Below are positions 24,787 to 33,018 of a stretch of DNA of 37,798 nucleotides, in pieces. A program made the position numbers and the translations under genes. How positions within the stretch are numbered: the stretch's first letter is position 1; each line of letters opens with the position of its first letter. Origin of the DNA: a virus; the IMG/VR virus record IMGVR_UViG_3300042934_000712, positions 1 to 37,798 of that record; one strand, 5' to 3'. The notes under the pieces were generated by a model. That model made no database searches, was not told the DNA's origin, and saw only the letters and a list, made by a program, of their open reading frames with translations.

Positions 24787-24798
24787 CGGGCCGCCCGC

Positions 24799-25038
24799 TC
24801 AGAACAGGCCGACGGCCACCGGCTGCGTGATTTCACGCACCTGCGGGTCCTCGAAGTCGGGGGAGACGAACAGCAGCAGCGTCCCGGCCGGCGCCTGCAC
24901 CGGCTTCAGCGATCCTGGGCACGACTTCAGCTCCGGGTCCCGCCCGCCCTTCGGGTCGTGGCGGTAGACCAGCCCGCGGCGCGTCACGGCGACGTCGCGC
25001 GTACAGACCGGGCACTCGGTGCGGGGGAGGGAAGCCAT
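24799..25038 (-). CDS. Hypothetical small Cys-containing protein
   Basis: ATG at 25038 with GGGGGAA upstream. The product is 79 aa and contains CPVC...C. Confidence 0.45.
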   Translation of the reverse strand: MASLPRTECPVCTRDVAVTRRGLVYRHDPKGGRDPELKSCPGSLKPVQAPAGTLLLFVSPDFEDPQVREITQPVAVGLF

Positions 25039-25183
25039 GCGGGCAATGTTCCCCCTGCTGCCCCGGCGCCCCAAACGAGCTGTGCAATTGCAGCCCACGT
25101 CCGATATCCCGAACCTGAGAATCGAACGGGTGAACCACATTCCATAACCCCATTTAAGGAAAGTGCTCCGGTAGCCTTGGAGG

Positions 25184-26284
25184 GTGACCGGAGCAGAGAT
25201 CGAACCCGTCTACGACGCCGAGATCGTCTCCACCGACGACCGGCTCCCCGCCGTCCCCGACATGATCGACGTCAACCACACGTTGACCGACGAAGCCGCC
25301 GAGGACCTCGCCAACAGCGGCCGCGAGAACACCCGCCAGACCTACGAGGACCGCTGGAAGGCCTTCGCCGTCTGGTGCGCGTCCGTCGGCCGTATCCCCG
25401 GCCCGCCCACCACGTCCAAGAACCTCGCCTCGTACATCTCGCACCTTCGCCGCAAGGACGCCCCGCCCGGCACCCTGCGTCTCGCCGTCTCCGCCGTCCG
25501 CCACATGAACGCCCGCGCCGGACACGAGGACACCCCCGACACCGCCGAAGCCCTCAAGATCTACGCCGATCACCGGTACGCCTGGGCGGCCGCGGGCAAG
25601 GGGCAGCGCTCATCCGCGCCCGTCGACCTCGAACGGCTGCGGCAGATGCTGGCCGTCTGCTCACCCGGGACCCTCGCCGGGCAGCGCAACCGTGTCCTGC
25701 TGCTGCTGGGCTACTACACCCGCGCCCGCGCCTCCGAACTGGCCGCGTACCGCATCAGCGACCTCGACTGGGTCTCCGCCCGCCTGGTCGTCGTCACCAA
25801 GCGCGTCAGCAAGAACGACAAGACCAGCGAGGGCCGCGAGTACGAGGTCGACGACCCCGACACTCTCGTCGCGCTCCGTACCTGGCTGGCGTCCCTGGAA
25901 GCCGCGGGGGAGGGAGGCCGACAGCGCCCCCTGCTCCGAAGCGTCGACATGTGGGACAACATCGGTCCCGTCAACGCCGGAGGGAACGGCCTGTCCCGGC
26001 AGGCGGTCAACAACCTGGTGAAGTCGATCGCGAAGACCGCCGAGGTTGACGTCGCCGATGCCATCACCGCCCACGGTCTTCGCGCCGGCGTCCCCACCGA
26101 CCTCGGCGCCCTGGGTCACAGTGCCGCCGAGATCAAGGACATCACCGGGGACTGGCTCAGCGACGAGATGGTGGACAAGTACCGCAAGGTGGGGCTGCGC
26201 CGCGCGGGCCTGCGCGCCGACTCCGGCCACCGAGCCGCCGCCCTGTCGATGCTCCGCGTCACCGAGACCCCCGAGGACGCCTGA
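25184..26284 (+). CDS. int: Tyrosine recombinase/integrase (Cre/Xer-like architecture)
   Basis: 366 aa. The N-terminal SAM-like core-binding domain reads TRQTYEDRWKAFAVWCASVG...YISHL...TLRLAVSAVRH. The catalytic part has GYYTRARASEL (Arg), HGLRAG (H-x-x-R) and DEMVDKYRK (Tyr). The GTG start is uncertain. Confidence 0.8.
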   Translation: MTGAEIEPVYDAEIVSTDDRLPAVPDMIDVNHTLTDEAAEDLANSGRENTRQTYEDRWKAFAVWCASVGRIPGPPTTSKNLASYISHLRRKDAPPGTLRLAVSAVRHMNARAGHEDTPDTAEALKIYADHRYAWAAAGKGQRSSAPVDLERLRQMLAVCSPGTLAGQRNRVLLLLGYYTRARASELAAYRISDLDWVSARLVVVTKRVSKNDKTSEGREYEVDDPDTLVALRTWLASLEAAGEGGRQRPLLRSVDMWDNIGPVNAGGNGLSRQAVNNLVKSIAKTAEVDVADAITAHGLRAGVPTDLGALGHSAAEIKDITGDWLSDEMVDKYRKVGLRRAGLRADSGHRAAALSMLRVTETPEDA

Positions 26285-26326
26285 GCAGGGGGAACAGGTG
26301 GGCGAAAACGCCCCACACTGTGATCT

Positions 26327-26521
26327 ATGGCCAGACTGCTTCCCGCCGACCTCGCCGCCCTCGCCGTCGGCGTCAAACCCGGCACCCTCCGACAGTGGCG
26401 CTTCCGCGGACACCTCCAACCCGCCGGCGGCACCGAACGACGCCCCCTCTACGCCCTCGAAGACCTCCAGGCCGCCAAGCGCGCTGCCGCCCGCAAGACC
26501 CGGGAACCAGTAGCCGCTTGA
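26327..26521 (+). CDS. Excisionase-like HTH protein (candidate recombination directionality factor)
   Basis: 64 aa. LAALAVGVKPGTLRQWRFRGHL is an HTH_17-type motif. It lies directly downstream of the recombinase. Confidence 0.55.
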   Translation: MARLLPADLAALAVGVKPGTLRQWRFRGHLQPAGGTERRPLYALEDLQAAKRAAARKTREPVAA

Positions 26522-26579
26522 CCGGTAACGATAGGTGCGTAACGATCAGTCGCAGTAGAACCAGTCTGCCCACACGCCA

Positions 26580-26620
26580 CTGAAGCCCCGTCACCACGGC
26601 CCCGGTCGACGGGGCTTCAG
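26580..26620 (+). terminator. Perfect 13-bp stem-loop after the int-xis pair
   Basis: CTGAAGCCCCGTC (26580-26592) pairs with GACGGGGCTTCAG (26608-26620). Confidence 0.65.
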
Positions 26621-26855
26621 CATGTCGCCCGCCAGGCCCTCTCTCCCCGAGCTCAAGCCTGGCGGGATCAACGTTCACGCAGCCAGCGCCGGCCGGGAAG
26701 CAGGGCGCGGCGCGTGAACCCCCGGCCCCCGTACCGGCACCGGCCGCCTGCCAGGCAAGGACGACCGCTACGGGGGCCCACAACGTCACCGCCGCTGAAG
26801 GGAAGCAGCCGGCGGACACCGACGCACCGCCTTCCCTCCTCCACCAGGAGCTACC

Positions 26856-27278
26856 GTGACCGCGTTCACCGCCCGCGAGCTGCGCCTCATCGCCGACCAC
26901 CTGGAGACGCTCACCAAAGCCCGCACCGCCAACCAGCGCATGGGCGTCCCCACCACACCCGACGTCTTCACCGCCCGGTTCCACACCGGCCTGTACGCCG
27001 TCCTGAAGTGGCGCCCCGGCATCAGCAGCCCCAAGCCCAGCACCCAGCGGTACATCCAGGGCACGGCACGGCACCGCGACAGCTACCAGCTCGACCTCGG
27101 CGCCGCGCCCGACGTCGACAACGCCCTCACCCTCCACGACCCGTGGCAGGTCAAGCGCGAGCAGCGAGCCCAGCGGAACGACATCCACGTGAACCTACCC
27201 GCGGGCGGGACCGAGGAGTTTAAGGACTCGGTACGGGAGATCGTGAGGGACTCGAAGCCCCGGGGCTGGTCCGCATGA
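26856..27278 (+). CDS. Hypothetical protein
   Basis: AGGAG precedes GTG at 26856. The product is 140 aa. Confidence 0.55.
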   Translation: MTAFTARELRLIADHLETLTKARTANQRMGVPTTPDVFTARFHTGLYAVLKWRPGISSPKPSTQRYIQGTARHRDSYQLDLGAAPDVDNALTLHDPWQVKREQRAQRNDIHVNLPAGGTEEFKDSVREIVRDSKPRGWSA

Positions 27279-27580
27279 CCACCCTCGACGACTTCCTCGA
27301 AGCCCGCGTCAAGGACGACACCGAGATCCCCCTCGCCGACGCGATCAGCAAGCACCACATCATCGGGATCTACCGCGCCCTGGACACCGACGACGCCGGC
27401 ACCCTCAACAGGGACGCCTGGACCGTCGTAGGCGAGATCCTCCGCATCCTCGCCCTCCGCTACAAGGACCACCCGGACTACAACCCGGCCTGGGCGCCAT
27501 TCTGGACAACCGCACGTCAGCAGCCCGCGGGAACCGTGATGATGTCCCTCCACCAGGCAACACCCGTGGGGGGACCATGA
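27275..27580 (+). CDS. Hypothetical protein, DUF6221-like
   Basis: 101 aa. It starts MTTLDDFLEARVKDD and carries the C-terminal motif LALRYKDHPDYNPAW, a pattern I recall from a Streptomyces/actinophage family. ATGA overlaps occur at both ends. Confidence 0.5.
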   Translation: MTTLDDFLEARVKDDTEIPLADAISKHHIIGIYRALDTDDAGTLNRDAWTVVGEILRILALRYKDHPDYNPAWAPFWTTARQQPAGTVMMSLHQATPVGGP

Positions 27581-27774
27581 ACACGCCGACCGCAGACCAG
27601 CTGAAGCGCCTCCAGGCCGCGCACCTCAAGGCATCCCGGGCGACCGTCTCCGTCACCCAGGCCCGTGTCGCCCTAGACGAAGCGCTCGCCCGTGACGGCC
27701 AGGCCCAAGCCGAACTGAGCAACGCCATAGCCGCCGTCCTCTACGGAGAGCACGAGCCCAACCCTGCGAGATGA
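27577..27774 (+). CDS. Hypothetical small helical protein
   Basis: 65 aa. The SD-containing block CCCGTGGGGGGACC lies upstream. Confidence 0.5.
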   Translation: MNTPTADQLKRLQAAHLKASRATVSVTQARVALDEALARDGQAQAELSNAIAAVLYGEHEPNPAR

Positions 27775-27810
27775 TGCACCCTCCGCATCAGCAATCCCGT
27801 GGGGGGACCC

Positions 27811-28275
27811 GTGAAGGCACAGCTCACCGACGCGCAGATGGCCCGCAGACGCAGCACCAACAAGAAGATCCTCACCTTCGGCTGCCTGCCCCTCGCCGTC
27901 ATCCTCGTACTCGTCATCGTCCTCGCCGCCGTCGGCAGCAACCAGGACGACGACAAGCCCGCCAAGGAGGCCACCGTGGACGCACCCGCCTACACCGTGG
28001 CCAACAAGCAGGAGAAGACGAAGACCGGCAGCGTCGACCTGGTCGTCCCCGACGCCACCGTCGACACCGCCAAGGCCGCCATCGAGGACTACGCCCAGAG
28101 CATCGGCGACAGCTTCCAGGACTACAGCATCACCGTCGTCCGCTCCGACAAGGACAAGGTCTACGTCTGCTCCGGTCGGTGGATCCGCGACGAGCAGGCC
28201 TCCGAGCTGTACACCGGAGGCAAGCTCAAGGCCGACTCCTGGCCGGCCATCGACATGAACTGCCCCAAGGGCTGA
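27811..28275 (+). CDS. Signal-anchored extracytoplasmic protein (possible superinfection-exclusion type)
   Basis: GTG at 27811 follows the same CCCGTGGGGGGACC block (the ORF is open from 27799). A basic N-terminus precedes the TM segment LPLAVILVLVIVLAAV. A ~110-aa domain with 2 Cys follows. Confidence 0.55.
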   Translation: MKAQLTDAQMARRRSTNKKILTFGCLPLAVILVLVIVLAAVGSNQDDDKPAKEATVDAPAYTVANKQEKTKTGSVDLVVPDATVDTAKAAIEDYAQSIGDSFQDYSITVVRSDKDKVYVCSGRWIRDEQASELYTGGKLKADSWPAIDMNCPKG

Positions 28276-28343
28276 CCACACCCGCACCGAGCCCGGCACG
28301 CGCACACCAGCGCGGCCGGGCTCACGCACGCACGGAGGACGCC

Positions 28344-28493
28344 ATGGGCGAGTCGCCCGCGGACCCCATCACCAAGCTCGCCGCAGCAGCCGTCTCCCTG
28401 CACGAGCTCTACCGCTCCCTGATGGAAGCAGGCTTCACCAGCGAACAGGCCATGGACCTCGTCAAGGCCGTATGGGTCGGCAAGTCCCGCTGA
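28344..28493 (+). CDS. Hypothetical small protein (49 aa)
   Basis: GGAGGA precedes ATG at 28344. It is the C-terminal part of a longer Arg-rich ORF that I do not believe is coding. Confidence 0.45.
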   Translation: MGESPADPITKLAAAAVSLHELYRSLMEAGFTSEQAMDLVKAVWVGKSR

Positions 28494-28699
28494 TGGGCGA
28501 GACCTGGCCCTACCTGCTCACCGCCATCGTCATCGTCGGCCTGGCCCTCATCTTCGGACTCGCCTGGCTGGCCTTCCTCGAAGGCGTACTCAGACAGCGC
28601 GCACGCACTGACCAGGGAAGGACAGGCCATGGGCAGGCTCCACACCACAGCCGCCAAGGCCGTACAGCAGATCGAACGCAGGGACGCACGAGGCGCTGA
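28493..28699 (+). CDS. Possible small membrane protein
   Basis: ATGA overlap at 28493. One TM segment (YLLTAIVIVGLALIFGLAWLAF). The 3' part overlaps the next gene by 71 nt, so the true end and the coding status are doubtful. Confidence 0.3.
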   Translation: MGETWPYLLTAIVIVGLALIFGLAWLAFLEGVLRQRARTDQGRTGHGQAPHHSRQGRTADRTQGRTRR

Positions 28700-28892
28700 G
28701 CAGTACCGAGCAGAGCTGAAGTACTTCCATTACAAGCCCCGCGTCGTCCTCGGTGCGCCCTACGACGATCCCCTCATCCGGCAGGCCGCCCTGTACGGGC
28801 CCGAGTGCGTCAACCAGATGCTGGCTCTCAGGGGCACCATGCAGCAGGTCAAGGAGACCCTCGCAGCCGAGGCTGACCGTGCCCACGCGTAA
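28629..28892 (+). CDS. Hypothetical protein
   Basis: 87-aa ORF with an ATG start, directly upstream of the HNH gene. Confidence 0.5.
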   Translation: MGRLHTTAAKAVQQIERRDARGAEQYRAELKYFHYKPRVVLGAPYDDPLIRQAALYGPECVNQMLALRGTMQQVKETLAAEADRAHA

Positions 28893-28896
28893 GGCC

Positions 28897-29235
28897 ATGC
28901 AGGTCTGCCCAACCCCTGGGTGCCCCACCCTCACCCCCGGGGGTAGGTGCACCCCCTGCCAGGCCAAGGCCAGGGCAGCCCGGCCACAGCCCAACACAAG
29001 GGGCTACAACCGACGCTGGCGCAAGGCCAGTGCCGAGTACCTAGAGACGCATCCCTACTGCGAGTGCGATGCCTGCTCTGCCCTGCCTCAGCTACAGCGC
29101 GACCTCGCCACCGAGGTCGACCACATCGACGGACTCGGACCACTCGGCCCACGAGGCTTCGACCCTTCCAACTGGCAAGCGATGTCCAAGAGGCATCACA
29201 GCGCCAAGACGGCACGCGAGACGTGGGGAACGTGA
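28897..29235 (+). CDS. HNH endonuclease (terminase-associated)
   Basis: It has CPTPGCPTLTPGGRCTPC, then RGYNRRWRK, then CECDAC...EVDHIDG...NWQAMSKRHHSAKT, which together form the Cys4 plus H-N-H pattern. It lies just upstream of terS. The alternative start is GTG at 28879. Confidence 0.8.
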   Translation: MQVCPTPGCPTLTPGGRCTPCQAKARAARPQPNTRGYNRRWRKASAEYLETHPYCECDACSALPQLQRDLATEVDHIDGLGPLGPRGFDPSNWQAMSKRHHSAKTARETWGT

Positions 29236-29394
29236 CGCACGGTCACGGGACCCAGGGGGGTGACCCCCGGCCGGCCAGGGGGAGAACAGCGCGGGGGAGG
29301 GCTCGACCTGGTCAGGCGGGTTCAGAGGTCCACCGGCCGTCACGCAAGGTGACGCTGATCGTGCTGCGCAACGCAGCGTGGAGGAGTGATCGAG

Positions 29395-29877
29395 ATGCCC
29401 CGTGGTGGAGCACGCGCCGTGTCCGGTCCGCCGCCGGACCCCAACTCGCTGCGACAGATGAAGGCTGCCGAGAAGGGCGGCTGGAAGACGCTGCCGGCGG
29501 AGGGACGCCAGGGTGCGGCGCCTGAGTGGCCGCTGACGGAGGCGACCGGCCGCGAGGCAGTGCTGTGGGACGACCTGTGGGCGAAGCCGCAGGCTGTGGT
29601 GTGGGAGGACATGGGCCAGGAACTGGAGGTGGCGCTGTTCGTTCGGACGCTGGCGGAGGCTGAGCGGCCGGACGCGCGGGCGGACATCAAGAAGATGATC
29701 CGTGGCTACCTCGACAGCCTGGGTCTGAGCGTGGCGGGGATGCTGCGGAACCGGTGGAAGATCGCCCCGGCCGTGGAGACCGAGGCGGGCCTGGTGCCGC
29801 TGGAGTCGGCGCCGTCGCTGCGCCGGCCGTCGGCCCGTGACCGTATGAAGGTCGTGCCCAGTGGCGAAGGGTCCTGA
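29395..29877 (+). CDS. terS: Terminase small subunit
   Basis: GGAGGA precedes ATG at 29395. The product is 160 aa and overlaps the terL start. It sits between the HNH and TerL genes. Confidence 0.7.
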   Translation: MPRGGARAVSGPPPDPNSLRQMKAAEKGGWKTLPAEGRQGAAPEWPLTEATGREAVLWDDLWAKPQAVVWEDMGQELEVALFVRTLAEAERPDARADIKKMIRGYLDSLGLSVAGMLRNRWKIAPAVETEAGLVPLESAPSLRRPSARDRMKVVPSGEGS

Positions 29878-31513
29878 CGCCGGGCCCGAGTTCGTCGTCG
29901 ACTTCCCTACGCTCTGGGTTGTCCCGGACTGGATCGAAGCGCACTGCCCTGTCCCGGACGGCTTCCGTGCCGGTGAGGACATGGAGCTGTACCCGTGGCA
30001 GCTGTGGTGCACGGTCAACCACTACCGGATCAAGCCCGGGGTGGAGCCGTACCGGGCTGACGGGCAGCGTCGCCTGGCGACAGCGTTCCACTACCGCCGC
30101 TCGCAGGTCGTGGCCCCGCAGAAGACGGGTAAGGGCCCGTGGTCGGCGACGATCGTGCTCGCTGAGGCGGCCGGTCCGGTCGTTTTCGACGGCTGGGCTC
30201 GAGGCGGCGAGCGGTACCGGTGCTCTGACCACGGCTGCGGATGCGGCTGGTGGTACGCCTACGAGCCGGGCGAGCCGATGGGCGTTCCGTGGCCCACGCC
30301 GCTGATTCAGCTGATGGCCACCTCTGAGGCGCAGGTCGACAACGTCTACCGGCCGCTTCGGCAGATGGTGAAGCGCGGTCCGTTGTCCGAGCTGATGAGG
30401 GTGGGCGAGGAGTTCACCCGGGTCGGTGACGACGGGAAGATCGAGACGGTGACGTCGTCGGCTCTGTCCCGGCTGGGCAACCCGATCATCTTCGCCATGC
30501 AGGATGAGTCTGGCCTGTACACCGCGGCAAACAAGCTGCGGAAGGCGGGCGAGACCCAGCGTCGTGGCGCGGCCGGTATGGGCGGCCGGTCGATGGAGAC
30601 GACGAACGGCTGGGACCCGTCCGAGGGCAGCGTCGCACAGACGACGTCCGAGTCCCGGGCCCGGGACATCTTCAAGTACCACCCGCAGGCGCCGAAGACC
30701 CTGTCTTACGCCAACAAGCGGGACCGCCGGAAGATCCACGCGATCGTGTACGCCGGTTCGTCGCACGTCGACCTGGACGGGATCGAGGCCGAGGCCGCCG
30801 AGATCATGGAGAAGGACCCGGCGCAGGCCGAACGGTTCTTCGGCAACCGGTGCGTGTCGGGGTCGGCGACGTGGCTGGACCTGGCGAAGTGGGCGGCGAA
30901 GGCTGCCCCGCGGCGGGTGCGTCCCATGACGCGGATCGTGCTGGGCTTCGACGGTTCCGAGGTCGACGACTGGACCGCGATCCGCGCGGAGACGATGGAC
31001 GGCTACCAGTTCACGCCCGTCTACGGGCCGCTCGACGAGCCGACGATCTGGAACCCGGCGGACTACGGCGGCCAGGTGCCGGCGGCAGAGGTCCACGCGG
31101 CCATGGGCCAGCTCATGGCCCGCTACGACGTGGTTCGGCTGTACGCGGATCCGCCGTACTGGGAGACCGAGATCGACCAGTGGGTGGACCTGTACGGCGA
31201 GGAGCGCGTCATCCGCTGGTACACGCGCCGCATCGTGCAGATGCACTCAGCCTGCGAGCGGCTGAAGACGGACGTGGTGCGGCCGGCCACCGGCACGGTG
31301 AAGTTCTCGCACGACGGCTGTCCGATCACGGCGGACCACATCGCCAACACGCGCGCGGCCGCGCGCCCGATGGACCGCTACGTGCTGAAGAAGGCCAGCC
31401 CGACCCAGAAGATCGACGCCACGATCCCGAGCATCCTCGCCCACGAGGCGCTGGGAGACGTCATCGCGGCCGGCCTGGCCGAGAAGCAGGTCTCTTACTA
31501 CTACGGCGCTTGA
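29861..31513 (+). CDS. terL: Terminase large subunit
   Basis: 550 aa. It has the Walker A-like segment VVAPQKTGKGPWSA, the Walker B-like segment IIFAMQDESG, and a C-terminal nuclease-sized domain. It is followed by the portal gene. Confidence 0.85.
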   Translation: MAKGPDAGPEFVVDFPTLWVVPDWIEAHCPVPDGFRAGEDMELYPWQLWCTVNHYRIKPGVEPYRADGQRRLATAFHYRRSQVVAPQKTGKGPWSATIVLAEAAGPVVFDGWARGGERYRCSDHGCGCGWWYAYEPGEPMGVPWPTPLIQLMATSEAQVDNVYRPLRQMVKRGPLSELMRVGEEFTRVGDDGKIETVTSSALSRLGNPIIFAMQDESGLYTAANKLRKAGETQRRGAAGMGGRSMETTNGWDPSEGSVAQTTSESRARDIFKYHPQAPKTLSYANKRDRRKIHAIVYAGSSHVDLDGIEAEAAEIMEKDPAQAERFFGNRCVSGSATWLDLAKWAAKAAPRRVRPMTRIVLGFDGSEVDDWTAIRAETMDGYQFTPVYGPLDEPTIWNPADYGGQVPAAEVHAAMGQLMARYDVVRLYADPPYWETEIDQWVDLYGEERVIRWYTRRIVQMHSACERLKTDVVRPATGTVKFSHDGCPITADHIANTRAAARPMDRYVLKKASPTQKIDATIPSILAHEALGDVIAAGLAEKQVSYYYGA

Positions 31514-31524
31514 AAGGGGGCCCG

Positions 31525-33018
31525 ATGGCGACGCTTGAGCAGGCCCTCAACCTGGTGCAGCTCCTGGAAGCGGAGCTGATCCACCGCAGCCCGGCCATCA
31601 TCCGGCACAACGACTACTACCGCGGCAAGCACCCGCTGAAGTACGCGTCCGACGAGTTCGCGAAGTTCCACGGCGACCGCTACAGGGACTTCAGCGACAA
31701 CTGGACGCAGGTCGTGGCCGACTCCCCGGTGGAGCGGATGACCGTAACCGGCTTCCTGGCCTCCGGGGAGACTGACGCGGACCGGGAACTGTGGAAGGTG
31801 TGGCAGGTCAACGGCCTGGACGCCGACAGCCAGCTCGGTTTCCTCGGCTCCGTCTCCAACGCGCGGTCGTTCATCCTGGTGTGGGGCGACCCCGACGACC
31901 CAGACATGCCGGTCGTCACCTTCGAGGACGCCTCGCAGTGCGTCATCGCCTACGAGCCCGGCTCGCGCAGGAAGCGGCGTGCCGCGCTGAAGCGGTTCCA
32001 GGACGGCGACATGGACTGCGCAACGCTGTTCCTGGCAGACGAGGTATGGAAGTTCGCCCGGCCCCGCCTGCTCCAGGACAACGCGCAGTCCCCGCAGATG
32101 ACGGACGTCGACGAGGAGCTGAAGCGGTGGAAGCCGCGGGAGATCCCGACCGAGCCGAACCCGCAGCCCAACCCCATGGGCGTCGTGCCGATGGTGGAGC
32201 TGCCGAACAAGCCGGTCCTCGTCGGTGATCCGATCAGCGACATCGGCGGCGTCATCGCCATGCAGGACGCCATCAACCTGCTGTGGGCGCAGCTGTTCAC
32301 GGCCGCCGACTACGCGTCGTTCCCGCAGCGGGTCATCCTCGGTGCCGACCGGCCGGTGATCCCGAAGCTCAACGACAAGGGCGAGGTCGTCGGCACGCAG
32401 CCGGTGGACCTGGAGAAGTTCGCCGTCGACCGCGTGATGATGTTCAACGGCAAGGATGCGCGGATCGCCGAGTGGCAGGCCGCCAACCTCGCCATGTACA
32501 CCGGCCTGATCGAGGTCGGAGTCGGTCACCTCGCTGCCCAGACCCGCACCCCGCAGCACTACCTGATCGGGCGCATGGCCAACCTGGCCGAGGGCGCCCT
32601 GCTCGCCGCCGAGACGGGCTTGGTGAAGCGGACCGAGGAGAAGCAGACCTGGTCCGGGCAGGGCCTGCGGGAGATGGCCCGCCTGATCGCCCTGGCCCGC
32701 GGCGAGTACGAGAAGGCCGAGGCGATGCGCGCAGGCCGCGTGCTGTGGAAGGACGCGGAATCCCGCAGCCACGCCCAGCTCGCCGACGCGCTGCTGAAGC
32801 TGAAGCAGCTGGGCTTTCCCTTCAAGTGGCTGGCCCTGCGCTACGGCCTGACCCCCACCGAAGTCGCCGACGTCATGGTGATGCGGATGGAGGAACTGGA
32901 GGCCGACCCGGTCACGGAACTGACCCGGCAGCTTGGTGGCGTCCCTGACGGCTCGGGCAACGTCGTCCCGGTACCCGAGGAGGACGACGAGCCCGCAGAC
33001 GCGGAGGCGGCGGCGTGA
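31525..33018 (+). CDS. Portal protein (SPP1 gp6-like)
   Basis: ATG at 31525 follows AAAGGGGG. The product is 497 aa and begins MATLEQALNLVQLLEAEL...YYRGKHPL. The ORF extension back to 30850 overlaps terL and is rejected. Confidence 0.85.
   Translation: MATLEQALNLVQLLEAELIHRSPAIIRHNDYYRGKHPLKYASDEFAKFHGDRYRDFSDNWTQVVADSPVERMTVTGFLASGETDADRELWKVWQVNGLDADSQLGFLGSVSNARSFILVWGDPDDPDMPVVTFEDASQCVIAYEPGSRRKRRAALKRFQDGDMDCATLFLADEVWKFARPRLLQDNAQSPQMTDVDEELKRWKPREIPTEPNPQPNPMGVVPMVELPNKPVLVGDPISDIGGVIAMQDAINLLWAQLFTAADYASFPQRVILGADRPVIPKLNDKGEVVGTQPVDLEKFAVDRVMMFNGKDARIAEWQAANLAMYTGLIEVGVGHLAAQTRTPQHYLIGRMANLAEGALLAAETGLVKRTEEKQTWSGQGLREMARLIALARGEYEKAEAMRAGRVLWKDAESRSHAQLADALLKLKQLGFPFKWLALRYGLTPTEVADVMVMRMEELEADPVTELTRQLGGVPDGSGNVVPVPEEDDEPADAEAAA

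Noticed and set aside
25108-25130. tRNA T-loop-like GTTCGATTC (as GAATCGAAC at 25119-25127) upstream of the recombinase, considered as a tRNA-derived attP core
   Set aside because: The flanking bases cannot form a T-stem (ACCCG against CTCAG). The implied acceptor stem would start with C. No longer tRNA-like segment is visible. It is worth a BLAST search but is not supported by sequence alone.
24595-26049. 484-aa + strand ORF overlapping the recombinase gene in another frame
   Set aside because: The product is extremely Arg/Pro-rich. The alternative frame (25184-26284) carries the tyrosine-recombinase catalytic motifs.
26714-27223. 169-aa + strand ORF in the noncoding region and overlapping 26856-27278
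   Set aside because: The translation is almost entirely Arg/Pro/His. The 26856 frame has an RBS and a normal composition.
29687-31246. 519-aa - strand ORF (and 29092-30018) opposite the terminase genes
   Set aside because: It is antisense to terS/terL and has an Arg/Pro/His-rich artefactual composition.
30850-31524. N-terminal 225-codon extension of the portal ORF
   Set aside because: It overlaps terL in another frame with Arg/Gly-rich sequence. A good RBS plus ATG at 31525, right after the terL stop, gives a normal-sized portal protein.
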